From positions 80,206 to 144,205 of the forward strand of contig CAZNOX010000001.1 in assembly GCA_964574875.1 (NCBI GenBank): 64,000 nucleotides of DNA, written 5' to 3'. Below the pieces are notes generated by a model that did no database searches, was not told the origin of the DNA, and saw only the letters and a list, made by a program, of their open reading frames with translations. Made by a program: the position numbers and the translations under genes. Below are positions 37,305 through 47,254 of this stretch, one piece after another (positions within the stretch are counted from its first letter, which is position 1; each line of letters begins with the position of its first letter). Source of the stretch: an uncultured bacterium (GTDB lineage: Bacteria > Macinerneyibacteriota > Macinerneyibacteria > Macinerneyibacteriales > DSCS01).

Positions 37305-39032
37305 ATGAGAATGAGTCATTTTGTGGGAAAACAGCTGAAAGAGGATCCCAAAGACGCCCAGATGGTGAGTCACAAGTTTTTAATCCGCGGGGGCTATATC
37401 CGCCAGCTCTCCACGGGCATCTACTCATTCCTGCCATTGGGATTCCGTGTAAAGATGAAGATCGAGGAGATCATCCGCGAGGAGATGAATGCCGTGGGCG
37501 GCCAGGAAGTGGTCATGCCTGTGGTCCATCCCGCCGATATCTGGAAAGAGACGGGACGCTTTGATGCCATCGACGAATCCCTCCTCCGCTTCAAGGACCG
37601 CTCAGACAAGGACCATGTCCTGGCCATGACTCATGAAGAGGCCGCGGTGCACCTGGTCCGTAATGATGTGAGCTCCTACAAGCAGCTTCCCTTTATGATC
37701 TATCAGATCCAGACCAAGTTCCGGGATGAAGCCCGGAGCCGGGGCGGGCTCATCCGCGTTCGGGAGTTTACGATGAAAGACGCCTACTCCTTCCACGCTG
37801 ATACACATTGTCTTGAAAAATACTATGCTGTGATGCATGAAGCCTATATGCGGATCTTCAGACGCAGCGGGCTGAAAGACTTTATCTCTGTCCAGTCTGA
37901 TTCGGGCATCATGGGAGGAGGGATCTCCCATGAGTTCATGTCCGTCAACCCCGCCGGGGAGGACACCCTCTTTCTCTGTGAATGCGGATATAATGCCAAC
38001 CGCGAGATCGCTGACGGGCGCCTGCCCGGAAAAGTGTCACACTCGGATCTTCCCCTGGAAGAGGTCTCCACGCCGGGGAAAAAGACCATCCAGGATGTCT
38101 GCGATCTTCTGAAGATCACGCCTGACCAAACAGCCAAGTGTGTCTTCTACACTTCGGAAAATGGGCTCATCCTTGTGGTGATCCGGGGCGACCGGGAAGT
38201 GAACGAAACACGCCTGAAAGCCCATCTCCAAATAGAAAAACTGATCTACGCCGACGATGAAACCATCCGCGGGTGCGGCGCTGTCCCGGGCTATGCCTCC
38301 CCCCTGGGGCTGGATAATGACAAGCTTACGATCGTCCTGGATGCTTCCGTGGCGGAAGGCTCTTATGTCTGCGGCGCCAATAAAGAGAACACCCATATGA
38401 GACACTTCACCCCGTCGCGGGATATGGAAAATATTCCTCATACAACAGCTTCTGTCTACACCACCATGGAAGGAGACCTCTGCCCCGAATGCTCAAAACC
38501 CCTCTCCATGGCCCGGGGTATCGAGATCGGAAACATTTTCCAGCTGGGGACAAAATACTCCGCGCCCATGAAGGCTCTTTTCCTGGATGACAAGGGTGAA
38601 TCCAGAGAGATGATCATGGCCTCCTACGGCATCGGCGTGGGACGGCTCATGGCCACGGTCATCGAAGACAATCACGACGATTACGGCCCCATCTGGCCGG
38701 CGGCGGTGGCTCCTTTTCACGTTCATCTCAATGCGCTGAATTTGAAAGAAGAGACGGTGCGCAAAACGGCCGAAGCCCTCTATGACGCTTTTGTCCAAGA
38801 CGGGATCGATGTTCTCTACGACGACAGGGATGAGCGTCCGGGAAGCCAGTTCAGCGATGCCGACCTCATCGGAGCTCCTCTGCGTGTCATCGTCTCCACG
38901 CGTAACCTGGACAAGGGAGAGGTGGAGATCAAACGGCGCGGGGAGAAGTCAAGTGTGACTGTTCCTGTGGACAAGGCTCTCTCCACAATCAAAGAGCGCC
39001 TGGCCGAACTTTTATCGTCAACGGAGATTTGA
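37305..39032 (+). CDS. proS: Prolyl-tRNA synthetase (bacterial type with INS editing domain)
   Basis: SHKFLIRGGYIRQ, LAMTHEE, QTKFRDEARSRGGLIRVREFTMKDAYSF, GIEIGNIFQLGTKYS. Confidence 0.97.
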   Translation: MRMSHFVGKQLKEDPKDAQMVSHKFLIRGGYIRQLSTGIYSFLPLGFRVKMKIEEIIREEMNAVGGQEVVMPVVHPADIWKETGRFDAIDESLLRFKDRSDKDHVLAMTHEEAAVHLVRNDVSSYKQLPFMIYQIQTKFRDEARSRGGLIRVREFTMKDAYSFHADTHCLEKYYAVMHEAYMRIFRRSGLKDFISVQSDSGIMGGGISHEFMSVNPAGEDTLFLCECGYNANREIADGRLPGKVSHSDLPLEEVSTPGKKTIQDVCDLLKITPDQTAKCVFYTSENGLILVVIRGDREVNETRLKAHLQIEKLIYADDETIRGCGAVPGYASPLGLDNDKLTIVLDASVAEGSYVCGANKENTHMRHFTPSRDMENIPHTTASVYTTMEGDLCPECSKPLSMARGIEIGNIFQLGTKYSAPMKALFLDDKGESREMIMASYGIGVGRLMATVIEDNHDDYGPIWPAAVAPFHVHLNALNLKEETVRKTAEALYDAFVQDGIDVLYDDRDERPGSQFSDADLIGAPLRVIVSTRNLDKGEVEIKRRGEKSSVTVPVDKALSTIKERLAELLSSTEI

Positions 39033-39800
39033 GCGTCCGATCAGTCTTACGATCCATCCCCGAGGGAGGGTATGGGCGGCTGCGGCCATGATTTTATTGC
39101 TCATCCCGGGAATGATGACGGTTTTTCCTTTCAATGCTTTTTTTAACGCGTAACGGGCTGTTTTTTCCGGTGACATGACGAGAAAATCAGCCCGTTTCCC
39201 CTTCTCCCCCCGTTGACTCAGCATGTCCGTATCCAGGGGCCCCGGGCAAAGCAATGAGACCTTCACCGGACTCTTTGCATTCTCAAAAGAAACAGCCAGT
39301 GTGAGATTCATGACAAAGCTTTTGGAGGCATAATAGAGCGCAGCTCCCGGGCCCGGAGTGAAGGCTGCCGTGGAGGCCACATTGATGAGATGCCCCCGAG
39401 GCATGATCTCCAGGGCCAGCCGGGTCATCGCGGTGAGTGAAAGGACATTGAGACGGACGATTTCGGACTCCTCTTCCGGGGTCGTGCAGGTGAACCGCTC
39501 AAAATGCGCTCGACCGGCATTGTTGATCCAGACTTGAGGAGTGATCTTTTTCTCGTTCAGGATCTTCGACAACCGGGAGGCCGATTCTTCCTGTGAAAGG
39601 TCCAGGGGAAGGATCTCCACACGCCGATCTCCCTCTGATCGTAAAGAGTCTGCAGCCCGGCGGAGCCTCTCCGCTGTTTTGGAGATGAGGAACAGGTGAT
39701 ATCCCTTTCGAACGCACTCCCGGGCAAAGGCATAACCCAGCCCCCGGGATCCTCCTGTGATCAAAGCCCATTTTTGGTTTACGGCTGACAACTCCGGCAT
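39018..39800 (-). CDS. SDR family oxidoreductase (DltE-like)
   Basis: ITGGSRGLG, INNAG, NVAS, YYASK, LCPGP. Confidence 0.88.
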   Translation of the reverse strand: MPELSAVNQKWALITGGSRGLGYAFARECVRKGYHLFLISKTAERLRRAADSLRSEGDRRVEILPLDLSQEESASRLSKILNEKKITPQVWINNAGRAHFERFTCTTPEEESEIVRLNVLSLTAMTRLALEIMPRGHLINVASTAAFTPGPGAALYYASKSFVMNLTLAVSFENAKSPVKVSLLCPGPLDTDMLSQRGEKGKRADFLVMSPEKTARYALKKALKGKTVIIPGMSNKIMAAAAHTLPRGWIVRLIGRSNLR

Positions 39801-40414
39801 GGCGATAATCCCTCCAGGTAGGCCTCTTCCTTGGAAAAGAAGAAGCGGATATTCTCATTTCTGATAAACCGGGCCCAGCGGCATCGGGGCCGGTGAAAGA
39901 CATGGGACTTGTCCGAGGAGATATAGTAATGTTCTGTCTCCACAAGCCTGAGTTTCCAGAACCCCCGGCGAAGGAGAAGAGCTTCGCGCTGGGCTAAAAG
40001 CAGGGTCTCTTCATACTTTTCTTGTTTGTTAACGATGTAAACATGCCCCAGCCCTTCACGTAAGATCTCTTCATTGAGAAAATGCTGTTCTTGTCGGTAT
40101 TCATAATGGACATAGGCTAAGAGGCGTCCATAGTCGTCTTTGCTTTCCGGGCCATACTCCAAAAGCACTTTTTTGCCCAACACTCTTTTTCGGACATAGT
40201 CTTTCGCCCGCGCATAATATTCCTGCCCTTTTTCAGGGGTATCGATCCCGAGCAAACGGACGAAATGGCCTGTCTGGAGCTGGATCGTATCTCCGTCGGC
40301 CACGAAAATGACTTTTGCTTCTCCGGGGAGAGCCTCCCTGCCGTAAACGGCTTCGGTCATGGAGAGGGCCGGGAGGAAAAGAAGGATCAGAAGACTACAG
40401 AGTCTTCTTGTCAT
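39779..40414 (-). CDS. Thermonuclease (SNase) family protein with C-terminal Ada-type metal-binding domain
   Basis: VADGDT, VRLLGIDTPE, DDYGRLLAYV; FHRPRC...GLSPCRSCQP. Confidence 0.85.
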   Translation of the reverse strand: MTRRLCSLLILLFLPALSMTEAVYGREALPGEAKVIFVADGDTIQLQTGHFVRLLGIDTPEKGQEYYARAKDYVRKRVLGKKVLLEYGPESKDDYGRLLAYVHYEYRQEQHFLNEEILREGLGHVYIVNKQEKYEETLLLAQREALLLRRGFWKLRLVETEHYYISSDKSHVFHRPRCRWARFIRNENIRFFFSKEEAYLEGLSPCRSCQP

Positions 40415-41030
40415 AACAACACTCCTCTATTAAGAGACACTCCCTGCACCGGGGTTTCCGCGCTGTACAAAAGTAGCGGCCGAAAAGGACAAGCCCGATG
40501 CTCAGAAGAGTCCATGTCTTTCGGGGGAACCGGGCCATGAGGTCTTTTTCAACTTTTTCAGGCTGCTCGGAGCCGGTGAGTCCCAGGCGCAGCGAGACCC
40601 GTTTCACGTGGGTATCCACCACGATCCCGTCGGCTTTTTTAAACCAGGCACTGAGGATGACATTGGCTGTCTTTCGCCCCACTCCGGGGATCCGGGTCAA
40701 CTCTTCCATGGATCCGGGGACCCGGCCTCCGTGGCGTTCAGCCAGGTAACGGGCTGCTCCGATGATATGGCGGGCTTTGTTTTTGTAAAACCCGGTGGAA
40801 TAGATGAGGGTCTCCAGCTCGCCTGTGTCCATATCTGTGTAATCGGTGATGTCAGGATACTTTGAAAAGAGCGTCTGTGTGGTCATGTTCACCCGCTCAT
40901 CCGTGCATTGGGCCGAAAGGATGACCGCCACAAGCAGCTGCCAGGCACTTTCATAGCGAAGCTCCACGGCAGGAGCCCCGAAGCGGCGCAGGATCTCTTC
41001 AATGACCTTCTCTTCTTTTGTTTTCTTCAT
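40395..41030 (-). CDS. nth: Endonuclease III
   Basis: LVAVILSAQCTDERVN, HhH IPGVGRKTANV, VDTHVKRV, Fe-S motif CTARKPRCRECLLIEEC. Confidence 0.96.
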   Translation of the reverse strand: MKKTKEEKVIEEILRRFGAPAVELRYESAWQLLVAVILSAQCTDERVNMTTQTLFSKYPDITDYTDMDTGELETLIYSTGFYKNKARHIIGAARYLAERHGGRVPGSMEELTRIPGVGRKTANVILSAWFKKADGIVVDTHVKRVSLRLGLTGSEQPEKVEKDLMARFPRKTWTLLSIGLVLFGRYFCTARKPRCRECLLIEECCYDKKTL

Positions 41031-41033
41031 AAA

Positions 41034-41067
41034 ATAAAAAAGGGGAAGGCCTTGTCAACCTTCCCCT
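41034..41067 (-). terminator. Intrinsic terminator after rpsA
   Basis: AGGGGAAGG...CCTTCCCCT hairpin preceded on the plus strand by an A-rich run. Confidence 0.8.
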
Positions 41068-41097
41068 CATGCTTACAGGATCACAGGCAAAGACATA

Positions 41098-42924
41098 TCA
41101 GTCTTCTTTATTCTCTTCGCCCCCGTCTTCTTCAGCTTCTTCAGGAGTCTCAACGGGAGTCTCGTCTTCGCTTTTTTTCTTCGCGGCCTTCTTTTTCGGG
41201 GCAGCTTTCGTCTTTTTTTCTGTTTCTCCGGCGATGTTATCCACCATCTCCTGTTCGATGACATCTTTCAGGCTGACTTTGTCATGATTGCCGGATTCCC
41301 CTTTGATCTCGTCGAGGATCTGCTTTTCGGTATCCTGTTTCAGGGCTTTGATGCTGAAATCGATCTTTCTTTCATTCTTCTGGATCTTGATGATCTTCAC
41401 CTCGATCTCATCACCCACATTGACCACGTCGTCCACCTTTTCCACATGCTTGGTGTCCAGCTGGGAAATGGCCAGGAATCCTTCGATCCCGTTTTCCATC
41501 TTGCAGATGGCGTTGTTTTTCGTGATCTTGGAAACAGTGACCGTGACCACGTCACCCACTTTATAATCACTCATCATCTCATCCCAGGGATTGGGAAGAG
41601 TCTGCTTGATACCCAGGGCTACTTTTCGCTCGTCTTCATTGATCTTGAGGATCATGACTTTGATCGTGTCACCAACGTTGAGGACATCCTGAGGCTTGTC
41701 GACTCTCTCCCAGGAGATATCGGAGACATGGAGGAGTCCTTCCACGCCGGGGACGATCTCGACGAAAGCACCGAAATCGGTGATATTCTTGATCTCGCCT
41801 TCCACGACATCACCTTCGCTGAAATCATCGCGGATCTTTTCCCAGGGATCGCCGTCCACCTGTTTGATACCCAGGGAGACTTTATGGTTCTCAACGTCCA
41901 TCTTCAGGATCATGACTTCGATCTTGTCCCCTTCATTGAGGATCTGTGCCGGAGTCTTGAGGTTTTTATCCCAGGACATCTCAGAGATATGGACAAGGCC
42001 TTCCACGCCGGGGACGATCTCGACGAAAGCGCCGTATTCCACGATGGAGACCACAGTTCCCTCGACGACATCGCCGTCTTTGAATTTCTCTTCGAGGATA
42101 TCCCAGGGATTCTTTTCCAGCTCTTTGAGGCTCAGAGAGATCCGGTTGTTCTTTTCATCGTAGTCCAGGACTTTGACATTGACATCCTGCCCCACAGCAA
42201 GCACATCGGTGGGATGGCTGATCTTTTTCCAGGTGATATCGTTCATATGGAGAAGGCCGTCGATTCCGCCCAGGTCGATGAAGGCACCGAAATTGGTGAT
42301 GTTCTTCACACGCCCGGGAAGAATAGCGCCGGCATGGATCTTGTTGTCCATCTCCTCTTTCATCTTTTTGTAGCTCTCTTCAAGGATCACACGGCGGGAG
42401 ACAACGATGTTCCTCCTCTTTTTGTTCATCTTGAGGATCTTGACATCGATCTTTTCTCCCACATAGGCATCCAGGTCTTTGACCAGTTTGACGTCGAGCT
42501 GAGATGCCGGCAGGAAGGCCGGGACACCGATATTGACGATAAAGCCGCCTTTGACGCGCTTCTTAATGGTGCCCGAAATGACCATATCTTTGTGGTATTT
42601 GTCTTCAAGAATACCCCAGGCTTCGATATAGTCAGCTTTGATTTTTGACAGTTTGACCAGGCCTTCCTGATCATCTGTCGATTCCAGAAGAACCCGGACG
42701 CTGTCCCCTTCTTTCAGTTCGTCTGAATTATGGAACTCATTCAGGGATACGATGCCTTCAGCCTTGTATCCGATATCCACCAGGACTTCATTTCCCATGA
42801 TCTTCACGATCACGCCGTCCACGACGGATCCGGGCCTCAGGTCTTTGAAGGACGCTGCATAGAGCTCCTCCATGGTCATTTCGTCATGCTCAAGTTCTTC
42901 GTGTTTCTTGTTTTCTTCCAACAT
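41098..42924 (-). CDS. rpsA: 30S ribosomal protein S1
   Basis: Six S1 domains (e.g. VKNITNFGAFIDLGGIDGLLH); charged C-terminal tail. Confidence 0.97.
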   Translation of the reverse strand: MLEENKKHEELEHDEMTMEELYAASFKDLRPGSVVDGVIVKIMGNEVLVDIGYKAEGIVSLNEFHNSDELKEGDSVRVLLESTDDQEGLVKLSKIKADYIEAWGILEDKYHKDMVISGTIKKRVKGGFIVNIGVPAFLPASQLDVKLVKDLDAYVGEKIDVKILKMNKKRRNIVVSRRVILEESYKKMKEEMDNKIHAGAILPGRVKNITNFGAFIDLGGIDGLLHMNDITWKKISHPTDVLAVGQDVNVKVLDYDEKNNRISLSLKELEKNPWDILEEKFKDGDVVEGTVVSIVEYGAFVEIVPGVEGLVHISEMSWDKNLKTPAQILNEGDKIEVMILKMDVENHKVSLGIKQVDGDPWEKIRDDFSEGDVVEGEIKNITDFGAFVEIVPGVEGLLHVSDISWERVDKPQDVLNVGDTIKVMILKINEDERKVALGIKQTLPNPWDEMMSDYKVGDVVTVTVSKITKNNAICKMENGIEGFLAISQLDTKHVEKVDDVVNVGDEIEVKIIKIQKNERKIDFSIKALKQDTEKQILDEIKGESGNHDKVSLKDVIEQEMVDNIAGETEKKTKAAPKKKAAKKKSEDETPVETPEEAEEDGGEENKED

Positions 42925-42930
42925 ATTGTT

Positions 42931-43764
42931 TTACCCCCCAAAATAATTTTTTAGCCGGCTGGTCAGCTCCCTGATACTGGTATCAGGTGTCGACGCCCCA
43001 GCAGTTATCCCGATTGTATCATACTTTGTCAGTTCGTCAACTCTAAGTTCATCTGCTGATTCCACGTGGAGAGCAGGCTTGATCTCACGCACGATGTCAT
43101 AAAGCTTCCGCGTGTTGGCGCTGTTCTTCCCCCCCACCACGATCATAAAATCAGCCTTCCGGGCAATGCGTACCGCATCCTCCTGACGCTCTGTGGTGGC
43201 CAGGCAGATGGTGTTGAAGATGCGCAGTTCCTGGCTTTTCCTCAAGACTTCTCCACAAAAGAGAGAGAAGGCTTTTCTGCTCCGGGTGGTCTGGGAGACG
43301 ACCCCGGCCTTTTTGAAAATCTCATCCCCGAGTTCATCAGGGCTGTTCATTACCCGCGCTGCGCCTTCTGTATAGGAGTAGAGCGAACGGACTTCAGGAT
43401 GCATCTTTTCGCCGAATATCAGGACAGCATAACCTTTCTCATGAAGAAAACGGGCCTTGTTCTGGGCTGTCTTGACAAAGGGGCAGGTGGTATCCACGAT
43501 ATTGAGTCCCCTCCGCCTGGCCTCTTCTTCGGTCTCCTTTTCCACTCCGTGGGTCCGGAAAAGGACAAGAGCCCCCGGAGGGACATCATCCAGGCTTTGG
43601 ACCACGGTGACTCCCCGAGTTTCAAGGTCCCGGACTGCACGCGGGTTATGGATCAGGGGGCCCAGGCTGTAGACAGGGCCTTTCTCTGCGGCGCGTCGGG
43701 CCATCTCCATGGCTCTCTGAACGCCGTAGCAAAATCCGGCAAAGGGGGAGACTATGATCTCCAT
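42931..43764 (-). CDS. ispH: 4-hydroxy-3-methylbut-2-enyl diphosphate reductase
   Basis: AGFCYGV, LIHNP, RTHG, DTTCPFV, SQTT, TICLAT, GGKNSANT, TAGASTP. Confidence 0.96.
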   Translation of the reverse strand: MEIIVSPFAGFCYGVQRAMEMARRAAEKGPVYSLGPLIHNPRAVRDLETRGVTVVQSLDDVPPGALVLFRTHGVEKETEEEARRRGLNIVDTTCPFVKTAQNKARFLHEKGYAVLIFGEKMHPEVRSLYSYTEGAARVMNSPDELGDEIFKKAGVVSQTTRSRKAFSLFCGEVLRKSQELRIFNTICLATTERQEDAVRIARKADFMIVVGGKNSANTRKLYDIVREIKPALHVESADELRVDELTKYDTIGITAGASTPDTSIRELTSRLKNYFGG

Positions 43765-44369
43765 TCCATCCCTCCTATGACATCGGTCACCGCTTTGGCC
43801 AGGGCCTTGAAACGGGCCTTCTCCTCCAGGGATGCAAACAGGGCCCGGTTGATACAGAAGGCCCCTCCGTAGAGAATATCGAAGTAGCGCCTTTTCCCTC
43901 TCTTCCCTGTCCAGATGCGCACGGGCATCACAGGGGGATAGCCTGTCTTGTCCAGCAGAAAACCGATCCCCGGTTTCCCCCGACGGACATCATTATCACG
44001 GCTGCGCGTCCCTTCGGGAAAGATGAAAACACGTCCCTTCTTATGAAGGATCTGCTGCATGGCTGTCAGGCTTCTCATGTCAAAGACCGCTCTGTTCACG
44101 GGAAAAGCTCCCACGGCTTTCAGGATGGCTCCGGCAACGGGGTTGTGAAACAACTCTTTTTTGGCCATGTAAAAATAGGTCTGAAAGGAGAGAACACCGA
44201 TGAGCGGCGGGTCGAACACTGTCCTGTGGTTAGAGGCGACGATGACAGGCCCTTTTTTCCAGCGGGGCCGTGTATAGACGAGCTTGATGCGGAACATAAG
44301 GAAGAAAAGGGGAATAAGAATCAGACGGGCCAGATTTTGAGTAAACGTGACAACGTGTTTTAATATCAT
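43752..44369 (-). CDS. plsC: 1-acyl-sn-glycerol-3-phosphate acyltransferase
   Basis: SNHRTVFD (HX4D), FPEGTRS; start ATG 44369 overlaps the cmk stop. Confidence 0.88.
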   Translation of the reverse strand: MILKHVVTFTQNLARLILIPLFFLMFRIKLVYTRPRWKKGPVIVASNHRTVFDPPLIGVLSFQTYFYMAKKELFHNPVAGAILKAVGAFPVNRAVFDMRSLTAMQQILHKKGRVFIFPEGTRSRDNDVRRGKPGIGFLLDKTGYPPVMPVRIWTGKRGKRRYFDILYGGAFCINRALFASLEEKARFKALAKAVTDVIGGMEWRS

Positions 44370-45028
44370 GTTTTGATATGAGATAAAATCTCGTCGACAA
44401 CCTCCTCCAAGGACAGATTTGTGGTATCGATGACACAGGCGCCGTCGGGGATCCTGAGAGCTCCCCACTCCCTGTTCCGATCGGCTGTATCCCTGCGGAT
44501 GATATCGGTCGCGATCTCTTCAAGTGAGGGCGGAACCGTCTTCTGCGCCAGCTGATCGTAACGCCTCCGGGCTCTCTCCTCAACAGACGCATCAAGGTAG
44601 AACTTGTAGCGTGCCTGGGGAAAGACAACGGATCCTGTATCACGCCCCTCCAGAACGATGGAGTGCCCGCTGGCAAAAAGGCGCTGCTTTTCGATGAGGT
44701 GTTGGCGGACATCTCTCATGGCGGCCACACGCGAGACCTCTTTATCGGCCTGAGGAGTCCGGATCTTCAGGGTGACATCCTCACCGTTTGCCAGAATGCG
44801 TTTTTCTCCTGTTTCGGAATAGATGATCTGAAAATCGAGGGTACGGGCCACATCCACAGGATCGCGGCTGTCACGGGCGGACAGCAACCCGACAGAACGG
44901 TACATGGCTCCGGTATCCAGATAGAAGGCTCCGATGGCTTCGGCGACTCTTCTGGCGACACTGCTCTTCCCCGCTCCGGCAGGGCCGTCAATGGTGACAA
45001 CAAAGTTTTCCATGTGCAGAATATACAC
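44366..45028 (-). CDS. cmk: Cytidylate kinase
   Basis: TIDGPAGAGKSS, LDTGAMYR, EGRDTGSVVFP, RDTADRNR; alternative start ATG 45013. Confidence 0.96.
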   Translation of the reverse strand: MYILHMENFVVTIDGPAGAGKSSVARRVAEAIGAFYLDTGAMYRSVGLLSARDSRDPVDVARTLDFQIIYSETGEKRILANGEDVTLKIRTPQADKEVSRVAAMRDVRQHLIEKQRLFASGHSIVLEGRDTGSVVFPQARYKFYLDASVEERARRRYDQLAQKTVPPSLEEIATDIIRRDTADRNREWGALRIPDGACVIDTTNLSLEEVVDEILSHIKT

Positions 45029-45077
45029 TCCTCATGGTTTTGTGCAAGGATTATCCTCGGCTCACTCTCATGGGTCC

Positions 45078-45515
45078 TTATCGCTGTTCGGCCGCCCCCT
45101 CTTCATAATAGCGGTCAAACTGGTCTGATGAGAAGTCAGTCTCCTCCACAATATATTTCATAAAATGGCGGAGCCGGCTCATGGTGACTTTATGGAGGTA
45201 GTGCTCGATGATACAGGCATCCTCTTCTGCAATAGTCATGGGGACTTTCAGGATCCTGGTAAAGAAATTCATAATGAGCACATGGCGGTCGTAGATGTTT
45301 CGCGCGTACTCGATTCCTCCGGATGTCAGCTCGATGTATCCGTAGTGCTCGTGCCGGACCAGACCGTTCTCCTCAAGGCCCCGCATGGCTTTGATCACAG
45401 AAGGGTTCCTCACTTTCAAAAAGGCGCCCACATCCTTGACCCGGACGACTTTTTTGTTCTTGGCGATCACATAGACGGCTTCCAGGTAATCTTCCATGCT
45501 TTTGGACAGTTTCAT
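45078..45515 (-). CDS. DtxR/MntR family metal-dependent transcriptional regulator
   Basis: SMEDYLEAVY, VRNPSV, YGYIELT, RH, AEEDACIIEHYL. Confidence 0.92.
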   Translation of the reverse strand: MKLSKSMEDYLEAVYVIAKNKKVVRVKDVGAFLKVRNPSVIKAMRGLEENGLVRHEHYGYIELTSGGIEYARNIYDRHVLIMNFFTRILKVPMTIAEEDACIIEHYLHKVTMSRLRHFMKYIVEETDFSSDQFDRYYEEGAAEQR

Positions 45516-45526
45516 GGCGTTCTCCT

Positions 45527-46213
45527 TTACACTATTTCTCCGAGCAGAAGCTGACGGCTCTTTCCCCTTTCACTCATGACAGAGAGGGAGAGGTCGTCGT
45601 TGACCCGGATGATCCGGGCAGTGATCTCTCCGTCCGGTGTCTTCAGACGGGCATATTCTCCCCTGCTCCAGAGGTGGGCGTTGAGATACTCCACGATGTC
45701 ATCGCGGGGGATCTCCTTCTGCAGAATATCCGTCCAGGAGTGAAAGAGTTCTGACGGTGACGGGGTCTTTGATCCCAGGAGATCTTCCAGAAAGACGGCT
45801 TCTACGGGAATCTCCGTGTGGTTCACATTGATCCCGATCCCCACAAGGAGGATCCCTTCCCCCGACAGGACGATACGCCGGCTCAGGAGGCCTCCGAGCT
45901 TTCGATTTCCCACATAGAGGTCGTTGGGCCATTTGATCTTGACTCCGTCCAGCCCTGCAGCCGCCAGTTCGCGGTGGATGAGATGAGCACAGCGCAGGGG
46001 GTGGAGGAGACTCTCCTTTTCTCCGGGAGCGCTGAAAACCGCTGTCATGTAGAGCCCCCCCACAGGGGAGGCCCAATGACGGCCCCGCCTTCCCTTTCCG
46101 GCAGTCTGCTCATCTGCCCTGAAAAAAGAGGGAAGATCCTCTGTCCCGTGAGTCCTCAGCCACTCCTCGGCCAGATCGTTGGTGGAGTCCACCCTCCTCT
46201 TTTCAATGATCAT
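45527..46213 (-). CDS. birA: Biotin-[acetyl-CoA-carboxylase] ligase without N-terminal HTH
   Basis: DSTN, QTAGKGRRGRHW, KWPND, KLGGLL, GIGINV. Confidence 0.92.
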   Translation of the reverse strand: MIIEKRRVDSTNDLAEEWLRTHGTEDLPSFFRADEQTAGKGRRGRHWASPVGGLYMTAVFSAPGEKESLLHPLRCAHLIHRELAAAGLDGVKIKWPNDLYVGNRKLGGLLSRRIVLSGEGILLVGIGINVNHTEIPVEAVFLEDLLGSKTPSPSELFHSWTDILQKEIPRDDIVEYLNAHLWSRGEYARLKTPDGEITARIIRVNDDLSLSVMSERGKSRQLLLGEIV

Positions 46214-46611
46214 CAGGGTTCTCCCTGTGTGAGTAGGGCGAATTCTTCCGGGGAAAGGCGGATCACCCGTCCGGAATCATCCACAAAAGCATGCCGCGTC
46301 GTCCCCCTGGCCAGGAGCTCGTCACCCCTGAAGACTTCATACCGGAAAAGGAGAGAAGAGCGGCTGCTTTTCCCGATATCACATCGGATCTCCAGGAGGT
46401 CATCATACCGGGCTCCGGCCATATAATCACACCACGCTTCTTTCACCGGAAGAAAGATCTTCTTTTTTTCCATGTCACGGTAGAGGACCCCCCTGCCACG
46501 GAAATATTCGTTTCGCCCGATCTCGAAAAGCCTGAAATAGTTGGCGTGATACATCACACCCATCTGATCCGTGTCGCCGTAGATCACCCTGTAGAGAATC
46601 CTGTGGTCCAC
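46213..46611 (-). CDS. Acyl-CoA thioesterase, YbgC/FadM family
   Basis: RVIYGDTDQMGVMYHANY, FEIGR. Confidence 0.9.
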   Translation of the reverse strand: MDHRILYRVIYGDTDQMGVMYHANYFRLFEIGRNEYFRGRGVLYRDMEKKKIFLPVKEAWCDYMAGARYDDLLEIRCDIGKSSRSSLLFRYEVFRGDELLARGTTRHAFVDDSGRVIRLSPEEFALLTQGEP

Positions 46612-46669
46612 AATTCCTCCATTAAATTATCTTTATCTAACTTTGTTATATCCCCGCTCCCGGGAAAAG

Positions 46670-47254
46670 TCAAGGAGAAAGCGAATACCGGGCTTTTTCC
46701 GTCACGATGAGGTCAACCGGCCTGTCATGGGGCTCCACAGGGAGACGGCGGACCACCTGGAAGTCAAAAGCCGGAGCCACGCAGAAGGTCTTCTGCTGCT
46801 CAAGAAAACGGTCGTAAAACCCTCCTCCGTAACCCAGACGGTTGAGCTTTTTGTCATAGGCGACACCGGGGAGAAGAATGAGGTCGGCATGGCCGGTAAA
46901 GAGGAGGTTTTCCACTCTCGGCTCATGCATATGAAACTGTGTGGGCTCCAGATCATCAAAGGAACGGACGATGTAGTTGAGAAGCCTCTTTTCGGCGAAA
47001 TCGGTGCGGGGCATGACCACACGTTTCCCGTTCGCCCAGAGCCACCGGATCAGCGGCCTGATATCCACCTCGTTATTCATGGGAAATGTCACGTGAAAAG
47101 TCTCATAACGGTGAAATAATCCCGTATGAAGAAGCTTCTCCACAATGGCTTTGCTTCTCAGGGTCCACTCTTCCGGAGTCAGGCTCTTGCGCTCTTTCAA
47201 CATCTCTCTCCTGAGATGTTTCTTTTCAGGATTCAATTCCATAGAGGACCTCAC
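46670..47254 (-). CDS. 5-formyltetrahydrofolate cyclo-ligase
   Basis: KKHLRREML, NEVDI, LILLPGVAYD, RLGYGGGFYDRFL, EPHDRPVD. Confidence 0.93.
   Translation of the reverse strand: MRSSMELNPEKKHLRREMLKERKSLTPEEWTLRSKAIVEKLLHTGLFHRYETFHVTFPMNNEVDIRPLIRWLWANGKRVVMPRTDFAEKRLLNYIVRSFDDLEPTQFHMHEPRVENLLFTGHADLILLPGVAYDKKLNRLGYGGGFYDRFLEQQKTFCVAPAFDFQVVRRLPVEPHDRPVDLIVTEKARYSLSP

Noticed and set aside
41738-42030. CRISPR-like repeat pair in rpsA
   Set aside because: Only two copies, in frame within S1 domains, and no cas genes
6657-42648. Long antisense ORFs (6657..8051, 8491..9780, 15802..17076, 19475..20851, 28689..29753, 34800..36047, 41284..42648 and similar)
   Set aside because: Each lies opposite a confidently identified gene, shows no motifs and has shadow-ORF composition; expected from codon bias
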